A DNA stretch of 62,414 bases, counting the filler. It is 5 parts of 5 records of this genome, joined end to end, with 100 filler letters (N's around TTAATTAATTAA, not from the genome) between each part and the next. Parts side by side here need not be neighbours in the genome. Positions count along the whole stretch, not along the records: positions 1 to 25,198 come from DRR723986_7745; 4 more parts are not named here. One strand, given 5' to 3'. Each line of letters opens with the position of its first letter. Within the stretch, counting starts at the first letter, position 1. Below, piece by piece: positions 8,908 through 21,847 of this stretch. Below the pieces are notes generated by a model. The model was given only the letters and a program-made list of their open reading frames with translations. It made no database searches and was not told the DNA's origin. Both the position numbers and the translations under genes were made by a program.

Positions 8908-9000
8908 GGCCAATGTCATTCGGTGATGCGCCTGTCGCGCAGCACCGTCCCGCCTTGCTATTCTGTAGTGGCAATTCACCAGGATGCGAGTGCTGACTAC

Positions 9001-9723
9001 ATGCCGGAGAAGGATGACGCGCCACTGGCCTTCCATGTACGGGGGCTAACCAAAACCTATGGCGCTGGCGAATCCAAGGTATACGCGCTGCGGGGGGTTG
9101 ACCTTGATGTGCCACGCGGCGAACTGGTGGTGCTGCTCGGCCAATCCGGCAGTGGTAAATCGACCCTGTTGAACATCCTCGGGGGGCTCGATTCACCCAG
9201 TGATGGGCAGGTGTTTTTTAATGGCGAGGAGCTTACTGCCTTTAATGACCGTCACCTCACCGCCTACCGTCGCCAGCACGTTGGGTTCGTCTTTCAGTTT
9301 TACAATCTCATTCCCAGTTTGACCGCGCGCGAGAACGTGACCCTGGTAACCGAAATAGCCGAGCAGGCAATGGCGGCTGAAGAGGCGCTGCAGTTGGTGG
9401 GATTGGGTGAGCGTATGGACCATTTCCCTGCCCAGTTGTCTGGCGGTGAGCAGCAGCGAGTCGCCATTGCCCGAGCGATAGCCAAACAGCCGCGCGTGCT
9501 GCTTTGCGACGAGCCAACCGGGGCGCTGGACAGCAAGACCGGTGTCGTTGTGTTGGAAGCCTTGTCCAGTGCCAATCGCAGGCTCGATACCACGACCTTG
9601 GTGATTACCCACAATGCTGGCATCGCTGAGATGGCGGATCGGGTATTAATTATGGCCGACGGGGCGATTAAGGAAACCCGTGTTAACGCCCAGCCACTCA
9701 AGCCCTCGGAGCTGAGCTGGTAA
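9001..9723 (+). CDS. MacB/LolD-like ABC transporter ATP-binding protein
   Basis: [40 protein letters not shown]. Confidence 0.95.
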   Translation: MPEKDDAPLAFHVRGLTKTYGAGESKVYALRGVDLDVPRGELVVLLGQSGSGKSTLLNILGGLDSPSDGQVFFNGEELTAFNDRHLTAYRRQHVGFVFQFYNLIPSLTARENVTLVTEIAEQAMAAEEALQLVGLGERMDHFPAQLSGGEQQRVAIARAIAKQPRVLLCDEPTGALDSKTGVVVLEALSSANRRLDTTTLVITHNAGIAEMADRVLIMADGAIKETRVNAQPLKPSELSW

Positions 9724-12125
9724 TGGCCGGTTGGTGGCGCCGGGCCCGAGGCTTACTGTGGCTGAAGCCGCTGGATCGAAAATTACTGCGCGACCTCTGG
9801 CATATTAAAGGCCAGGCATTTGCTATTGCCATCGTGATTGCTTGCGGTGTGGGCATGTACGTGATGTCCAAGGGGATGCTGGTGTCTCTGGAGGCGACTC
9901 GCAGCGCTTACTATGAGCGCTACCGCTTTGCTGATGTGGTGGCGCCGGTTAAGCGCGCCCCGCGTGCGCTGCTCGATGAAATCGCTGCTCTCCCCGGAGT
10001 GCGCCGTGCCGAGAGTCGCATTCGCGTGGCGGCGATATTGGATGTTGTCGGCGCGCAGGCACCGATCTCAGGGCAGATCATTTCACTGCCCGATGCGCCG
10101 CAACCCGGTATTAACGATATCGTTCTGCGCAGTGGGCGCTATTTAGATCCTCAGCACAGCAATGAGGTGTTGGTGTTGGAGTCCTTCGCCAATGCGCACA
10201 AGCTGGCGCTCGGCGATCATCTCTATGCCATTCTCAATGGTACACAGCGACGCTTAACGCTGGTGGGAACCGTATTATCTCCCGAGTATGTCTATGCCAT
10301 TGCGCCGGGAGAATTGGTACCGGACGACCGCCGTTTTGGCGTGCTGTGGATGAGTCGAAAAGCGCTGGGTTCGGCATTTGACCTCGATGGCGCGTTTAAT
10401 GAGGCGCTGATTTTGCACTCGCCGGGCAGCAGTGAAGACGCTCTGGTTGATCGTCTGGATACACTGCTTCGACCCTATGGCACGCCGGGCGCGTATGGTC
10501 GCTCCCATCAAATATCAGATCAATTTTTATCTAACGAAATTGACCAGCTCAATACGATGGGAAAGCTGCTGCCACCGATCTTTTTGTTGGTCGCCGCCTT
10601 TCTGCTAAACGTTGTTGTGAGTAGGCTTATTGAAACCGAGCGCGAGCAAATTGGTTTACTCAAGGCCTTTGGCTACGGCGACCTGTTTGTCGGTTTACAT
10701 TACTTGAAAATGGTTGGAGCGATTACTGCCCTGGGCATTGCGATGGGTTGTATGCTGGGGCTGTGGTTGGGGCAGGGTTTGGCGGCTCTGTATATGGACT
10801 ATTTTAAGTTTCCCTTCCTGCTGTTTCGCGCGCCAGCGTCGGTATTTCTCGTTGCCGCAGGGGTAAGCCTGCTGATCGCGGTGTTTGGCACCTTCTCTTC
10901 GGTTATCAAGGTGGTTCGGTTGCGGCCCGCGGTGGCGATGGTGCCGCCACCGCCACCTGACTACAGCCGCTCTGCATTGTGGCTCGAGTCCTTGTCGCGT
11001 TGGCTGGACCAACCCTCGCGGATGATATGCCGGCATATCTATCGCTGGCCGAAGCGCTCCGGCCTGACCTCGCTGGGCATTGCCCTGTCCATGGCGCTGC
11101 TTATCGGTTCGAGTTTTTCCATGGATGCCATGGTGCATATGATTGATGTGAGCTTTAACGTTATCGATCGGCAGGATGTAACGGTGAGCTTTGTCGAGCC
11201 CCGTAACGAGCGAGCATTGCAAGATTTACTGCACGAGCCCGGTGTCCTGGCGGCAGAGCCGTTTCGGGCAGTGCCTGTTATTTTCAAGAACGGCCAATAT
11301 CGTCGACGAGAGTCGATAATCGGCCTCGCCCAGGGGAGTGAGTTGAGTCGCGTGGTCGATACGCACTACCAGCCTGTGGTCATTCCCGCCGAGGGGATTG
11401 TGTTGTCTGATAAGCTCGCTGAGTTACTCCACGTGGATGTTGGCGACCTGCTGTCTGTGGAGGTCGCCGAGGGGCGGCGGCCGGTGCTGGATGTTCCCGT
11501 GGTGGCAGTGGTGAAAACCTACATGGGAACATCGGCCTACATGAACTTGGTTAGTCTGAGTCGCTTGTTGAAAGAGGAGGTCGCGATTTCCGGTGGCTAC
11601 CTGCTGGTCGATGGCGATCAGACCGAGGCCCTGTATCGCGCATTAAAAAATACCCCCATCGTCGCGGGTGTCGGTTTACAGGAAAGCGCTCAGCAATCGT
11701 TTAACGATACCCTTCAAGAGAGTCTCGGCACCTTTGTCTTTTTCAATACCTTATTTGCCGGCCTGATTACGGTTGGGGTGGTGTACAACAGCGCGCGCAT
11801 TTCTTTGTCTGAGCGCGGGCGTGAGTTGGCCAGCCTGCGGGTGCTGGGCCTGACCCGTGGTGAAGTGTCTTATATATTGCTCGGTGAGCTGGCGCTGCTG
11901 ACTCTGTTGGCGTTGCCGCTGGGCGCGGTACTCGGTTACGGTCTGGCTTGGCTTATGGTCGCCTCGTTTGATACCGAGTTATTCCGCATCCCATTGGTGA
12001 TTAACACAGCGACCTATGGTTATGCGGCATTAGTGGTGGTGCTGGCCGCCATTGTTTCGGGCTTGTTGGTGAGGCGTCGTATCGATCACCTCGACCTCGT
12101 TGCCGTACTTAAAACAAGGGAATGA
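9723..12125 (+). CDS. FtsX/MacB-like ABC permease (duplicated)
   Basis: 800 aa with two TM clusters containing [12 protein letters not shown] and [13 protein letters not shown]. Confidence 0.92.
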   Translation: MAGWWRRARGLLWLKPLDRKLLRDLWHIKGQAFAIAIVIACGVGMYVMSKGMLVSLEATRSAYYERYRFADVVAPVKRAPRALLDEIAALPGVRRAESRIRVAAILDVVGAQAPISGQIISLPDAPQPGINDIVLRSGRYLDPQHSNEVLVLESFANAHKLALGDHLYAILNGTQRRLTLVGTVLSPEYVYAIAPGELVPDDRRFGVLWMSRKALGSAFDLDGAFNEALILHSPGSSEDALVDRLDTLLRPYGTPGAYGRSHQISDQFLSNEIDQLNTMGKLLPPIFLLVAAFLLNVVVSRLIETEREQIGLLKAFGYGDLFVGLHYLKMVGAITALGIAMGCMLGLWLGQGLAALYMDYFKFPFLLFRAPASVFLVAAGVSLLIAVFGTFSSVIKVVRLRPAVAMVPPPPPDYSRSALWLESLSRWLDQPSRMICRHIYRWPKRSGLTSLGIALSMALLIGSSFSMDAMVHMIDVSFNVIDRQDVTVSFVEPRNERALQDLLHEPGVLAAEPFRAVPVIFKNGQYRRRESIIGLAQGSELSRVVDTHYQPVVIPAEGIVLSDKLAELLHVDVGDLLSVEVAEGRRPVLDVPVVAVVKTYMGTSAYMNLVSLSRLLKEEVAISGGYLLVDGDQTEALYRALKNTPIVAGVGLQESAQQSFNDTLQESLGTFVFFNTLFAGLITVGVVYNSARISLSERGRELASLRVLGLTRGEVSYILLGELALLTLLALPLGAVLGYGLAWLMVASFDTELFRIPLVINTATYGYAALVVVLAAIVSGLLVRRRIDHLDLVAVLKTRE

Positions 12126-13342
12126 ACGCGATGGTAGCTCCCGCAGAAAGTAAAACCATTAAGCGCAGCATTATTGCGGTGCTTGTGGTGTCTTTGCTCG
12201 GTTTTTTTATCTACGCCTTTTCGCCCGACCCAGTGCCGGTTGATATGGCTGGTGTCTTTCGAGGCGATATGCAGGTGACTGTGAAAGATGAAGGTTATAC
12301 CCGCATTGAGGATGTTTACGTGGTTTCAGCGCCGGTTGCCGGCCATTTATTGCGAATCGATCAACAAGTCGGCGATGCGGTGACGGCCGGCGAAACCCTA
12401 TTAGCGAAGCTGCTGCCAAGCGATCCGGTGGTGTTGGACTCGCGCAGTCGTCGCCAGGCCGAAGCGAATTTGCGGGCTGCTAACGCCGCTCTGGTGTTGG
12501 CACGAGCGCAGGGCCAGGAGGTGGCCGCACAGCTTGATTTTGCTCGCAGTCAGTTGCAGCGCATTCGCCGAATGGCCGAGCAGGGCAGTGCCTCGGATGC
12601 GGAGCTGGATCGCGCCGAGTTAGCGCTGAAGTCCGCGCTTGCGGCGAGTCGCAGTGCGCAGGCGGCCGAGGGTATGCGTGCCGCCGAGCTGGAAAATGCC
12701 AAAGCGGTGTTGGCGACAGCGGACGATCGCGACGAGGTGCAAGTGGTACCGCTGGTGTCGCCGATTAGTGGCCGCATCCTGCGTATCTTGCAGGAGAGCG
12801 AGAATGTGGTGGCAGCCGGAACTCCGTTGCTGGAGTTAGGCGATCCAGCGGAGCTGGAGGTGGTGGTTGATTTACTGTCGCGCGACGCTGTCAGGGTGGA
12901 AGACGGTGCTGAGGTCCACATCAGTGGCTGGGGCGGGGAGCAGCCGCTCCGAGGCCGTGTTCAGCGCGTTGAGCCCTATGGTTTTACGAAAATTTCCGCT
13001 TTGGGTATTGAAGAGCAGCGGGTGAATGTCATCGTGGAGTTGATTGGCGCGCAGTCGCTTTGGCAGGGGCTGGGCCACGGCTATCGGGTTGATGCTGAGG
13101 TGGAGCTTTGGCGCGGCAGCGATGTCGTACAGGTTGCCACTGGCGCATTATTTCGCAGTCAGGGGCAGTGGGCCGTATTCAGGGTGCTCGACAATAAGGC
13201 GGTACTGACGCCGGTCGTGGTGGGGCAAAATAATGGCCGCAGCGCGCAGTTGTTAGACGGGTTGAGTGTCGGGGAAACGGTAGTGCTGCACCCCAGTGAG
13301 CGCATCGCTGACGGTGTGGCGCTGGCCCTGAGAGAGCTATAG
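12122..13342 (+). CDS. HlyD/MacA-type periplasmic adaptor
   Basis: N-terminal TM, VSAPVAG and SPISG lipoyl half-motifs, coiled coil, KISALGIEEQRV. Confidence 0.9.
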   Translation: MNAMVAPAESKTIKRSIIAVLVVSLLGFFIYAFSPDPVPVDMAGVFRGDMQVTVKDEGYTRIEDVYVVSAPVAGHLLRIDQQVGDAVTAGETLLAKLLPSDPVVLDSRSRRQAEANLRAANAALVLARAQGQEVAAQLDFARSQLQRIRRMAEQGSASDAELDRAELALKSALAASRSAQAAEGMRAAELENAKAVLATADDRDEVQVVPLVSPISGRILRILQESENVVAAGTPLLELGDPAELEVVVDLLSRDAVRVEDGAEVHISGWGGEQPLRGRVQRVEPYGFTKISALGIEEQRVNVIVELIGAQSLWQGLGHGYRVDAEVELWRGSDVVQVATGALFRSQGQWAVFRVLDNKAVLTPVVVGQNNGRSAQLLDGLSVGETVVLHPSERIADGVALALREL

Positions 13343-13472
13343 CGGCGCCGTCAATCGCGGTGAAGTGTGTGGCATCGCTGCTCTCGGATTGCCAATGCTC
13401 GCCCCTTTCGGTAACGTTCGCTCACATTTTGTTTGCCGCCTAGGGCGGTTTGTCGTGTATTCAGGAGTGACC

Positions 13473-15134
13473 ATGGCGCAATTCGTCTACACCATGAATC
13501 GCGTGAGCAAAGTCGTGCCACCCAAGCGCGAGATTCTCAGCGATATTTCCCTTTCTTTCTTCCCGGGTGCCAAAATCGGTGTGCTGGGCTTGAACGGTGC
13601 CGGTAAGTCTACCTTGCTGCGCATTATGGCGGGGGTTGATACCGAATTTAATGGCGAGGCGCGCCCGCAGCCGGGTATCAAGATTGGTTACCTGCCCCAG
13701 GAGCCAGAGCTGGATCCGAGCAAAGACGTGCGCGGCAATGTCGAAGACGGCGTGGCAGAGGCGAAAGATGCGCTGGCCGAGCTGGACAAAGTCTACGCCG
13801 CCTACGCCGAGGCTGACGCCGACTTTGATGCGCTTGCTAAGCGCCAAGCCGAGCTGGAAGATATTATTCAGGCGACCGATGCCCACAACCTGGATCACAA
13901 GCTGGAAGTGGCGGCCGATGCCTTGCGTCTGCCACCCTGGGATGCCGACGTAACAAAAATCTCCGGTGGTGAGCGCCGCCGTGTCGCGCTGTGTCGCTTG
14001 CTGTTGTCGAACCCGGATATGCTGCTGTTGGACGAGCCGACCAACCACTTGGATGCCGAATCGGTGGGCTGGTTGGAGCGCTTTTTATGTGACTTCCCTG
14101 GCACCGTGGTGGCGATCACGCACGACCGCTATTTCCTCGATAATGCCGCCAACTGGATTCTGGAACTCGACCGCGGCCGCGGTATTCCCTACGAGGGTAA
14201 CTATTCCGACTGGCTGGAAGCCAAGGAACAGCGCCTGGAGCAAGAGGCCAAGTCGGAGGCGTCGCGCAAAAAAGCAATTGCCACCGAGCTGGAGTGGGTG
14301 CGCAGTAACGCTAAGGGGCGTCAAAGCAAGAGCAAGGCGCGTCTGGCGCGCTTTGAGGAAATGCAGTCGCAGGAATTCCAGTCGCGCAGCGAGACCAATG
14401 AGATCTACATTCCACCGGGCCCCCGCTTGGGCGATAAGGTGATTGAGGTGAATCACGTTAGCAAGGGCTACGGTGATCGCGCGCTGATTAACGATCTTAG
14501 CTTCAGTATTCCCAAGGGCGCGATTGTAGGTATTGTCGGTGGTAACGGCGCCGGTAAGTCCACCCTGTTCCGCATGATCAGCGGCAAGGAACAGCCTGAT
14601 TCCGGCAGCATTGAGTTGGGCGAGACGGTGAAGCTGGTATCGGTAGAGCAAATGCGCGATGCCCTCGATGACAGCAAAACCGTGTGGGAAGCGGTGTCTG
14701 ATGGCTTGGATGTATTGCGCATCGGCAGCTACGAAATTCCCTCGCGGGCCTATATTGGCCGCTTTAACTTCAAGGGCAGTGACCAGCAGAAGCGCGTGGG
14801 TGAGCTTTCCGGTGGTGAACGCGGTCGACTGCAATTGGCCTGCACGTTAAAAGAAGGCGGCAATGTGTTGCTGTTGGACGAACCATCCAACGACCTCGAC
14901 GTGGAAACCCTGCGTGCACTGGAAGACGCCATGCTGGACTTCCCCGGTTGCGCGCTGGTGATCTCCCACGATCGCTGGTTCCTCGACCGAATCGCCACCC
15001 ACATTTTGGCCTATGAGGGCGACAGTGAGGTGGTGTTCTTTGAGGGCAATTACAGCGAATACCACGAGGACTTTGTGGCGCGCAAAGGCAACAATGCTGC
15101 GCCCAAGCGCATGAAGTACAAAAAACTAAAATAG
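13473..15134 (+). CDS. ettA: Energy-dependent translational throttle EttA (ABC-F)
   Basis: MAQFVYTMNRVSKVVPPKREIL..SLSFFPGAKIGVLGLNGAGKST; two ABC domains. Confidence 0.97.
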   Translation: MAQFVYTMNRVSKVVPPKREILSDISLSFFPGAKIGVLGLNGAGKSTLLRIMAGVDTEFNGEARPQPGIKIGYLPQEPELDPSKDVRGNVEDGVAEAKDALAELDKVYAAYAEADADFDALAKRQAELEDIIQATDAHNLDHKLEVAADALRLPPWDADVTKISGGERRRVALCRLLLSNPDMLLLDEPTNHLDAESVGWLERFLCDFPGTVVAITHDRYFLDNAANWILELDRGRGIPYEGNYSDWLEAKEQRLEQEAKSEASRKKAIATELEWVRSNAKGRQSKSKARLARFEEMQSQEFQSRSETNEIYIPPGPRLGDKVIEVNHVSKGYGDRALINDLSFSIPKGAIVGIVGGNGAGKSTLFRMISGKEQPDSGSIELGETVKLVSVEQMRDALDDSKTVWEAVSDGLDVLRIGSYEIPSRAYIGRFNFKGSDQQKRVGELSGGERGRLQLACTLKEGGNVLLLDEPSNDLDVETLRALEDAMLDFPGCALVISHDRWFLDRIATHILAYEGDSEVVFFEGNYSEYHEDFVARKGNNAAPKRMKYKKLK

Positions 15135-15295
15135 TGCTGCCACCATGTGCGGCGGCAGCAATTGCCCCCGCGCACCGATAAAAGCCGCTTTTATTGGTCC
15201 AGCGGCCATTTTTACGCTCCTGATATTTGCTGTATCGCGCGGGGTAGGGGAAAATAGCGCCCTCTTTGCCGCCATCACAATTTCAGGAGCTCCCG

Positions 15296-17296
15296 ATGCC
15301 TTCACGTAGCGACCTCGCTAACGCCATTCGCGCTTTGAGTATGGACGCCGTCCAGAAAGCCAAGTCCGGCCATCCGGGTGCGCCCATGGGCATGGCCGAT
15401 ATTGCCGAGGTGTTGTGGCGCGACTACTTGCAGCACAACCCGGCCAACCCTGAGTGGGCCAACCGCGACCGCTTTGTGCTTTCCAATGGTCACGGCTCCA
15501 TGCTGATCTACTCGCTGCTTCACCTGAGCGGTTACGACCTGTCTATCGATGACTTGAAAAACTTCCGCCAGCTGCACAGCAAAACCCCCGGCCATCCTGA
15601 ATACGGCTATACCCCCGGTGTTGAAACCACCACTGGGCCGCTGGGCCAGGGCATTGCCAACGCGGTGGGCATGGCCACGGCTGAGAAAATTCTCGCGGCG
15701 CAGTTCAACCGCGACGGCCACGACATCGTCGACCACTACACCTACACCTTTATGGGCGATGGCTGTCTGATGGAAGGTATCTCCCACGAGGTATGTTCAC
15801 TGGCCGGTACCCTGGGCCTGGGCAAATTGATCGCGTTCTACGACGACAATGGCATTTCCATCGACGGTGAAGTGGAAGGCTGGTTCAGCGACGATACCCC
15901 CAGACGCTTTGAAGCCTACGGCTGGCAGGTGATCCCAGCGGTCGACGGCCACGACAGCGATGCCATTGCCGCTGCCATTGAGGCGGGTCGCGCCGAGCCG
16001 AACAAGCCCACACTGATCTGCTGCAAAACGGTCATTGGTAAGGGCTCGCCCAATAAGCAGGGCAAAGAAGAGTGCCACGGCGCGCCACTGGGCGATGACG
16101 AAATTGCCCTGACTCGCGAAGCGCTTAACTGGCCCCACGGCAGCTTTGAGGTGCCTGAGGATGTCTACAGTGCCTGGAGCGCTCGCGAGCGCGGCGCTGC
16201 TGCCGAGCAAGCGTGGAATGAAAAGTTTGCCGCCTACCAGGCTGCCCACCCAGAGTTGGCCGCTGAATTTAAGCGTCGCCTGAGTGGTGACTTGCCCGCC
16301 GACTTTGCCCAGAAGGCAGATGCCTTTATTGCCCAGTGCCAGGACGAGGGTAAGGAAGTCGCCACCCGCAAAGCGTCGCAGCTGTGTCTGGATGCCTATG
16401 GCGAGATGCTGCCAGAACTGCTCGGTGGCTCGGCTGATTTGGCGGGCTCTAACCTCACATGGTGGAAGGGTTCCAAGGCGGTTGAAGCCGACGATGCCAG
16501 TGGCAACTACCTGCACTACGGCGTGCGCGAATTCGGTATGTCGGCCATGATGAACGGTATTGCCCTGCACGGTGGTTTTATCAACTACGGCGCGACCTTC
16601 CTGGTGTTCATGGAATACGCCCGCAACGCGGTACGTATGGCGGCGCTGATGAAGCAGCGCAGTATCTTTGTTTACACCCACGACTCCATCGGCCTGGGTG
16701 AAGACGGCCCGACTCACCAACCAATCGAGCAAATTGCGTCACTGCGTGGCACCCCGAATATGGCGCTGTGGCGCCCCTGCGATATGGTCGAATCGGCCGT
16801 GGCCTGGCGCAGCGCACTGGAGCGCGCCGATGGCCCAACGGCACTGATCTTTACCCGCCAGGGTTTGCCTCATCAGAACCGCAGCAGCGCTCAGATTGCC
16901 GCCATTGCTCGCGGCGCCTATGTATTGAGTGACTGCGAGGGCGAGCCCGAGGCCATTATTATTGCCACCGGTTCGGAAGTGAAACTGGCGATGGCAGCCC
17001 AGCAACAGCTGGCTGAAAATGGTCGCAAAGTACGCGTAGTGTCTATGCCCTGCGCCGAAGCCTTTGAAACGCAAGACGGCTACTATCGCGAGTCGGTATT
17101 GCCTAGCAACGTATTGGCGCGCGTTGCCGTTGAAGCGGCGCACAAAGACTATTGGTACAAGTACGTTGGCCTGGACGGCCGCATTGTCGGGATGGACAGC
17201 TTTGGCGAGTCGGCGCCGGCGGGTGAACTCTTCAAGCACTTTGGCATTACCACCGAGGCGGTGGTTGCTGCTGTTGAGGACTGCATAGGCGAATGA
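15296..17296 (+). CDS. tkt: Transketolase
   Basis: [32 protein letters not shown]. Confidence 0.98.
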   Translation: MPSRSDLANAIRALSMDAVQKAKSGHPGAPMGMADIAEVLWRDYLQHNPANPEWANRDRFVLSNGHGSMLIYSLLHLSGYDLSIDDLKNFRQLHSKTPGHPEYGYTPGVETTTGPLGQGIANAVGMATAEKILAAQFNRDGHDIVDHYTYTFMGDGCLMEGISHEVCSLAGTLGLGKLIAFYDDNGISIDGEVEGWFSDDTPRRFEAYGWQVIPAVDGHDSDAIAAAIEAGRAEPNKPTLICCKTVIGKGSPNKQGKEECHGAPLGDDEIALTREALNWPHGSFEVPEDVYSAWSARERGAAAEQAWNEKFAAYQAAHPELAAEFKRRLSGDLPADFAQKADAFIAQCQDEGKEVATRKASQLCLDAYGEMLPELLGGSADLAGSNLTWWKGSKAVEADDASGNYLHYGVREFGMSAMMNGIALHGGFINYGATFLVFMEYARNAVRMAALMKQRSIFVYTHDSIGLGEDGPTHQPIEQIASLRGTPNMALWRPCDMVESAVAWRSALERADGPTALIFTRQGLPHQNRSSAQIAAIARGAYVLSDCEGEPEAIIIATGSEVKLAMAAQQQLAENGRKVRVVSMPCAEAFETQDGYYRESVLPSNVLARVAVEAAHKDYWYKYVGLDGRIVGMDSFGESAPAGELFKHFGITTEAVVAAVEDCIGE

Positions 17297-18294
17297 TTCG
17301 ACTGGCGATCAATGGCTATGGGCGCATTGGGCGCTGCGTATTGCGTGCGCTCTACGAGTCGCCAATGCGCGACGCCATGCGTATTGTGGCCATTAACGAG
17401 CCTGCCGATCTGGACACCATCGCGCACTTAACGCGCTACGACAGCACCCACGGCCGTTTTGTGGGTACGGTGGAAAAAGGTGTTGAGTGTTTGCGCATTA
17501 ACGGTGACGAGATTGCCGTGAGCCACTGCACCGCGCTGCGCGATGTTGACTGGAGTCGGCACAACATCGATGTGGTACTGGAATGCAGCGGTACCCTCGG
17601 CAGTGAGGCCGCACTCCATGAACACCTGGAGCGCGGGGCACGGCATGTGTTGTTGTCGCAACCCGGTGAGGCGAGTATTCCGACCTATGTGTTTGGCTTA
17701 AATCACCACGGCCTGACCAGCGAGCAGCGGGTGATCTCCAATGCTTCGTGTACCACCAATGGCATTACCCCGGTCATCGATGTGCTACACCAGGCCTTTG
17801 GTGTGCGCTCGGGTTGTATTACCACCATTCACTCGGCAATGAACGACCAGCCGGTGTTGGACGCCTATCACCACACCGACCTGCGCAAAACGCGCGCGGC
17901 GGGTATGTCGATGATTCCGGTCGATACGGGATTGGCGGCGGGTATTGGTCGCATCTTGCCGGATCTGGATGGCCGTTTCGCGGCGCGGGCGGTGCGTATT
18001 CCCACGCACAATGTCTCGGCAATGGAGCTGAGCGTGACCCTGCAATCTCGGGTGTCACCCAGCGATGTGAATGCGGCCCTGCAAATGGCCGCGCGCGGTC
18101 GGCTGAGTGCTGTACTGGGGGTGAGCGAGGAGCCGCTGGCGTCCTGTGATTTTAACCACGATCCGCGCTCCGGTATTGTCGATGCCGGGCAAACGCGGGT
18201 GGCGGACGAGCTGGTGAGTGTCTTCACCTGGTTCGACAATGAATGGGGCTATGCCAACCGTATGTTGGACATGGTCGCACACTGGCTGCATTAG
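17293..18294 (+). CDS. epd: Erythrose-4-phosphate dehydrogenase (GAPDH family)
   Basis: [16 protein letters not shown], Epd-type [29 protein letters not shown]; tkt-epd-pgk-fba gene order. Confidence 0.85.
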   Translation: MIRLAINGYGRIGRCVLRALYESPMRDAMRIVAINEPADLDTIAHLTRYDSTHGRFVGTVEKGVECLRINGDEIAVSHCTALRDVDWSRHNIDVVLECSGTLGSEAALHEHLERGARHVLLSQPGEASIPTYVFGLNHHGLTSEQRVISNASCTTNGITPVIDVLHQAFGVRSGCITTIHSAMNDQPVLDAYHHTDLRKTRAAGMSMIPVDTGLAAGIGRILPDLDGRFAARAVRIPTHNVSAMELSVTLQSRVSPSDVNAALQMAARGRLSAVLGVSEEPLASCDFNHDPRSGIVDAGQTRVADELVSVFTWFDNEWGYANRMLDMVAHWLH

Positions 18295-18396
18295 GCGGCA
18301 CTGTTAGCGTGCCCCGGGCAATGTTGCTGTGGGTACACAGATCTGCACAAGCAGGCGAGTTTAGTTCGGTAAACGGATAGTGAAACGGGAAGTGTT

Positions 18397-19557
18397 ATGA
18401 ACGTATTGAAAATGCGTGATTTGGATCTGGCGGGCAAGCGTCTGCTGATACGTGAAGATCTGAACGTGCCCATCAAGGATGGAAAAGTGAGCTCCGACGC
18501 TCGTCTGCGGGCGGCCCTGCCAACCTTGAAACTGGCGTTGGAAAAAGGGGCCAAGGTGATTGTGATGTCTCACCTCGGGCGCCCGACTGAGGGTGAGTTT
18601 GAAGAAAAATACTCAATGCGCCCTGTAGCGGACTACCTCAGTGATGCCCTCGGCCAGCCGGTACCGCTGGTAGCCGATTGGCGCGACGGCGTAGAGCTGG
18701 AGGCCGGGCAGCTGGTGCTATTGGAAAACGTTCGCTTTAACCCCGGCGAAAAGAAAGATGATGAGTCCCTGGCCAAGGCCTATGCTGCGCTCTGCGACAT
18801 CTTCGTTATGGACGCTTTCGGTACGGCCCACCGGGCGCAGGCGTCGACCCACGGCGTTGCCAAGTTTGCGCCAACGGCCTGTGCCGGCCCGCTGCTGGCC
18901 AATGAGCTGGAGAATTTGGAAAAGGCCTTGGCTAACCCCGCGCGCCCGATGGTTGCCATTGTCGGTGGTTCAAAGGTTTCCACCAAGCTAACCGTATTGG
19001 AAACACTGTCTGACAAAGTTGACCAGCTGATTGTTGGTGGCGGCATTGCCAACACTTTCCTGGCGGCGGCGGGCTATAACGTCGGTAAATCACTTTGCGA
19101 GGACGACCTGATTCCACAGGCAAAAGCGCTAATGGAAAAGTGCGATATCCCGCTGCCCAGCGATGTAATGACGGGTAAGAAGTTCGACGAGAACGAGCCG
19201 GCAACATTGCGCCCAGTGGAAAATGTCGGCGACGACGACATGATTTTCGATGTTGGCCCAGTGACCGGCTCCGTGCTGGCGGCCATTCTGCGTCAGGCAG
19301 GCACCATTATTTGGAACGGCCCGGTGGGTGTATTTGAATTCGACCAGTTTGCCGATGGCACCGAAGACATTGCCAACGCGATCGCAGAGTCAGACGCCTT
19401 CTCGATAGCGGGTGGTGGCGATACGCTGGCGGCGGTAGACAAATTTGGTATTGCCGACAAGGTGTCCTACATTTCGACCGGGGGCGGCGCCTTCCTCGAA
19501 TATGTTGAGGGCAAAGTATTACCGGCAGTTGCGGTACTGGAAGAGCGCGCCAAGTAA
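18397..19557 (+). CDS. pgk: Phosphoglycerate kinase
   Basis: [30 protein letters not shown]. Confidence 0.98.
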   Translation: MNVLKMRDLDLAGKRLLIREDLNVPIKDGKVSSDARLRAALPTLKLALEKGAKVIVMSHLGRPTEGEFEEKYSMRPVADYLSDALGQPVPLVADWRDGVELEAGQLVLLENVRFNPGEKKDDESLAKAYAALCDIFVMDAFGTAHRAQASTHGVAKFAPTACAGPLLANELENLEKALANPARPMVAIVGGSKVSTKLTVLETLSDKVDQLIVGGGIANTFLAAAGYNVGKSLCEDDLIPQAKALMEKCDIPLPSDVMTGKKFDENEPATLRPVENVGDDDMIFDVGPVTGSVLAAILRQAGTIIWNGPVGVFEFDQFADGTEDIANAIAESDAFSIAGGGDTLAAVDKFGIADKVSYISTGGGAFLEYVEGKVLPAVAVLEERAK

Positions 19558-19609
19558 GCGCGCTCGCCGATCAATAATTCATATTTAAAAGACTGAAAAG
19601 GGAACTCAC

Positions 19610-20674
19610 ATGGCACTTATCAGCATGCGTCAAATGCTGGATCACGCCGCAGAATACGGCTATGGCGTACCGGCATTTAATGTCAATAACCTGGAGCAAA
19701 CCCGCGCCATTATGGAAGCGGCGAGAGAAACCGACAGCCCAGTGATCATGCAAGCCTCGGCTGGGGCGCGAAAGTATGCTGGCGCGCCTTTCCTGCGTCA
19801 TATGATTCTTGCGGCGATTGAAGAATTCCCTGAAATTCCCGTAGTGATGCACCAGGATCACGGCACCAGCCCCGCCGTTTGTCAGCGCTCGATTCAACTC
19901 GGCTTCAGCTCCGTAATGATGGACGGCTCGCTGCGTGAAGATGGCAAAACGCCCTCCGACTACGACTATAACGTCGATGTTACCCGCACGGTTGTCGACA
20001 TGGCTCACGCCTGTGGTGTTTCCGTTGAAGGTGAGTTGGGTTGTCTGGGGTCGCTGGAAACCGGGCAAGCCGGTGAAGAGGACGGTGTGGGTGCAGAGGG
20101 CACCTTGTCTCACGAGCAGATGCTTACCGACCCCGAAGAAGCCGCTGACTTCGTTGCAAAAACGGGTGTTGATGCTCTGGCTATTGCCTGTGGTACCAGC
20201 CACGGTGCCTACAAATTTACGCGTCCGCCCACTGGCGATATTCTGGCGATCGACCGTATTAAAGCTATCCATGCGCGTATTCCCGACACGCATTTGGTAA
20301 TGCACGGCAGCTCCAGTGTGCCCCAGGAGTGGCTGGCGATCATCAATGAGTTTGGCGGTGAGATTCCCGAGACATACGGTGTGCCCGTTGAGCAGATCGT
20401 CGAGGGCATTAAATACGGTGTGCGCAAGGTCAATATCGATACCGATTTACGCCTGGCGTCCACGGGTGCGGTGCGTCGCTTTATGGCGCAAAACCCCAGC
20501 GAGTTTGATCCGCGCAAATACCTGAAAGAAACCATCAAGGAAATGAAGGCAATTTGTGTTGCGCGCTACGAAGCCTTCGGCACGGCCGGCAATGCCTCCA
20601 AAATTAAACCTGTTAGTTTGGAAGCGATGTTTGGTGAGTACGAGTCGGGTCGTTTAAACCCAAACATTAAATAA
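19610..20674 (+). CDS. fba: Class II fructose-bisphosphate aldolase
   Basis: [29 protein letters not shown]. Confidence 0.97.
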   Translation: MALISMRQMLDHAAEYGYGVPAFNVNNLEQTRAIMEAARETDSPVIMQASAGARKYAGAPFLRHMILAAIEEFPEIPVVMHQDHGTSPAVCQRSIQLGFSSVMMDGSLREDGKTPSDYDYNVDVTRTVVDMAHACGVSVEGELGCLGSLETGQAGEEDGVGAEGTLSHEQMLTDPEEAADFVAKTGVDALAIACGTSHGAYKFTRPPTGDILAIDRIKAIHARIPDTHLVMHGSSSVPQEWLAIINEFGGEIPETYGVPVEQIVEGIKYGVRKVNIDTDLRLASTGAVRRFMAQNPSEFDPRKYLKETIKEMKAICVARYEAFGTAGNASKIKPVSLEAMFGEYESGRLNPNIK

Positions 20675-20704
20675 TCGCGGCGCGCATCGCGCACTAGTGA
20701 TTGT

Positions 20705-20732
20705 AAAGCCCGGTACCTGCCGGGCTTTTTTT
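20705..20732 (+). terminator. Intrinsic terminator after fba
   Basis: AAAGCCCGG-loop-CCGGGCTTT followed by a T run. Confidence 0.85.
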
Positions 20733-20804
20733 TGCCCTTTATTTTGTGCCTGCAGGCGGGGCACACTAGGGCCCGCGAAAAAGAATAAACCTAAGGACCT
20801 TGTT

Positions 20805-21767
20805 ATGCCGTGGCCCGATAATATCGACCAAGAAAACCTTCCTTCGCTCAGCCCCTTGTCGTTGCAATCGACCGTCAACAGCCAGCCCTGGCTGCCGGAG
20901 TACTGTGCTTACTATGGTATTGACCTTGAAAAGGACTACGCGGGTTTGTGCCATTACATTGGCTATTTCGAGGCGGAGGGCGAGCGCATTGCCACGCAGG
21001 TGTTCAAGTTACCCAACGCGCAGCGCACCGCGTTTGTTTATCACGGCTATTACGACCATGTGGGTTTGTTCAACAATGTAATCAATTACTGCTTGAAACA
21101 CAGTTGCAGTGTGGTGGCTTTCGACCTGCCGGGTCATGGCCTGTCCAGTGGTGAGCGGGCATCGATAGACAGCTTTTTTCGCTACCGCTCCGTATTGCGC
21201 GCCGCCTTTGCCGCGGTGGCCCCTTTCGAGCTGCCACAGCGACGCTTTGCCATGGCCCAAAGTACGGGTTGCGCCATTGTCGGCTCGCATATTCTGGATG
21301 GCGGCAGCGATGACTTTGAGCAGGTGATTTTAATGGCGCCGCTGGTGCGCCCGCGCGCGTTTTGGTGGGGTAAGCCCGCGCACAGTGTCTTAAAGTATTT
21401 CCTTCACAGTTTGCCTCGGCGCTTTGCCGACAATTCCGACGACCAGGCCTTTCTGGAGTTTTTGCGCGAGCGCGATCCGCTTCAGCCGCGCATATTGCCG
21501 GTAGCCTGGGTGGGAGCGTTGAAAAAGTGGTTGCCGTGGTTTCACGCTCAGCCAGCGTGTGACTGCCCGGTATTGATACTGCAGGGTGACGCTGATGACA
21601 CGGTGGATTGGCAGTACAATTTGCCCGTGCTGAGGAAGAAATATCGTCGCTTGCGCGAGGTGATTATTCCTGGCGCGCGCCATCACCTGGTAAAGGAGGG
21701 CGAGCACTACCGCGCACAAATTTGGCAGGCCTGTGACGCGTTTTTGTTTGCCGACCCAGCAGAATAA
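20805..21767 (+). CDS. Alpha/beta hydrolase (lysophospholipase-like)
   Basis: HGYYDH, FDLPGHGLSSG, AQSTG nucleophile elbow, QGDADDTVD, ARHHL. Confidence 0.9.
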   Translation: MPWPDNIDQENLPSLSPLSLQSTVNSQPWLPEYCAYYGIDLEKDYAGLCHYIGYFEAEGERIATQVFKLPNAQRTAFVYHGYYDHVGLFNNVINYCLKHSCSVVAFDLPGHGLSSGERASIDSFFRYRSVLRAAFAAVAPFELPQRRFAMAQSTGCAIVGSHILDGGSDDFEQVILMAPLVRPRAFWWGKPAHSVLKYFLHSLPRRFADNSDDQAFLEFLRERDPLQPRILPVAWVGALKKWLPWFHAQPACDCPVLILQGDADDTVDWQYNLPVLRKKYRRLREVIIPGARHHLVKEGEHYRAQIWQACDAFLFADPAE

Positions 21768-21789
21768 AAAACGGAGCCGTAAGGCTCCG
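21766..21789 (-). terminator. Intrinsic terminator after yceI-like gene
   Basis: CGGAGCC-4nt-GGCTCCG with an A6 run on its left, i.e. a U tract on the minus strand. Confidence 0.7.
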
Positions 21790-21847
21790 AAAGAGGGTAT
21801 CGAGATAAGTCGATAGTAAGACCGGGTGGAAATCTAAAAAGTTCCGT

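Noticed and set aside
15296-20674. tkt/pgk/fba as a Calvin-cycle operon
   Set aside because: No RuBisCO or phosphoribulokinase; this is the ordinary tkt-epd-pgk-fba cluster.
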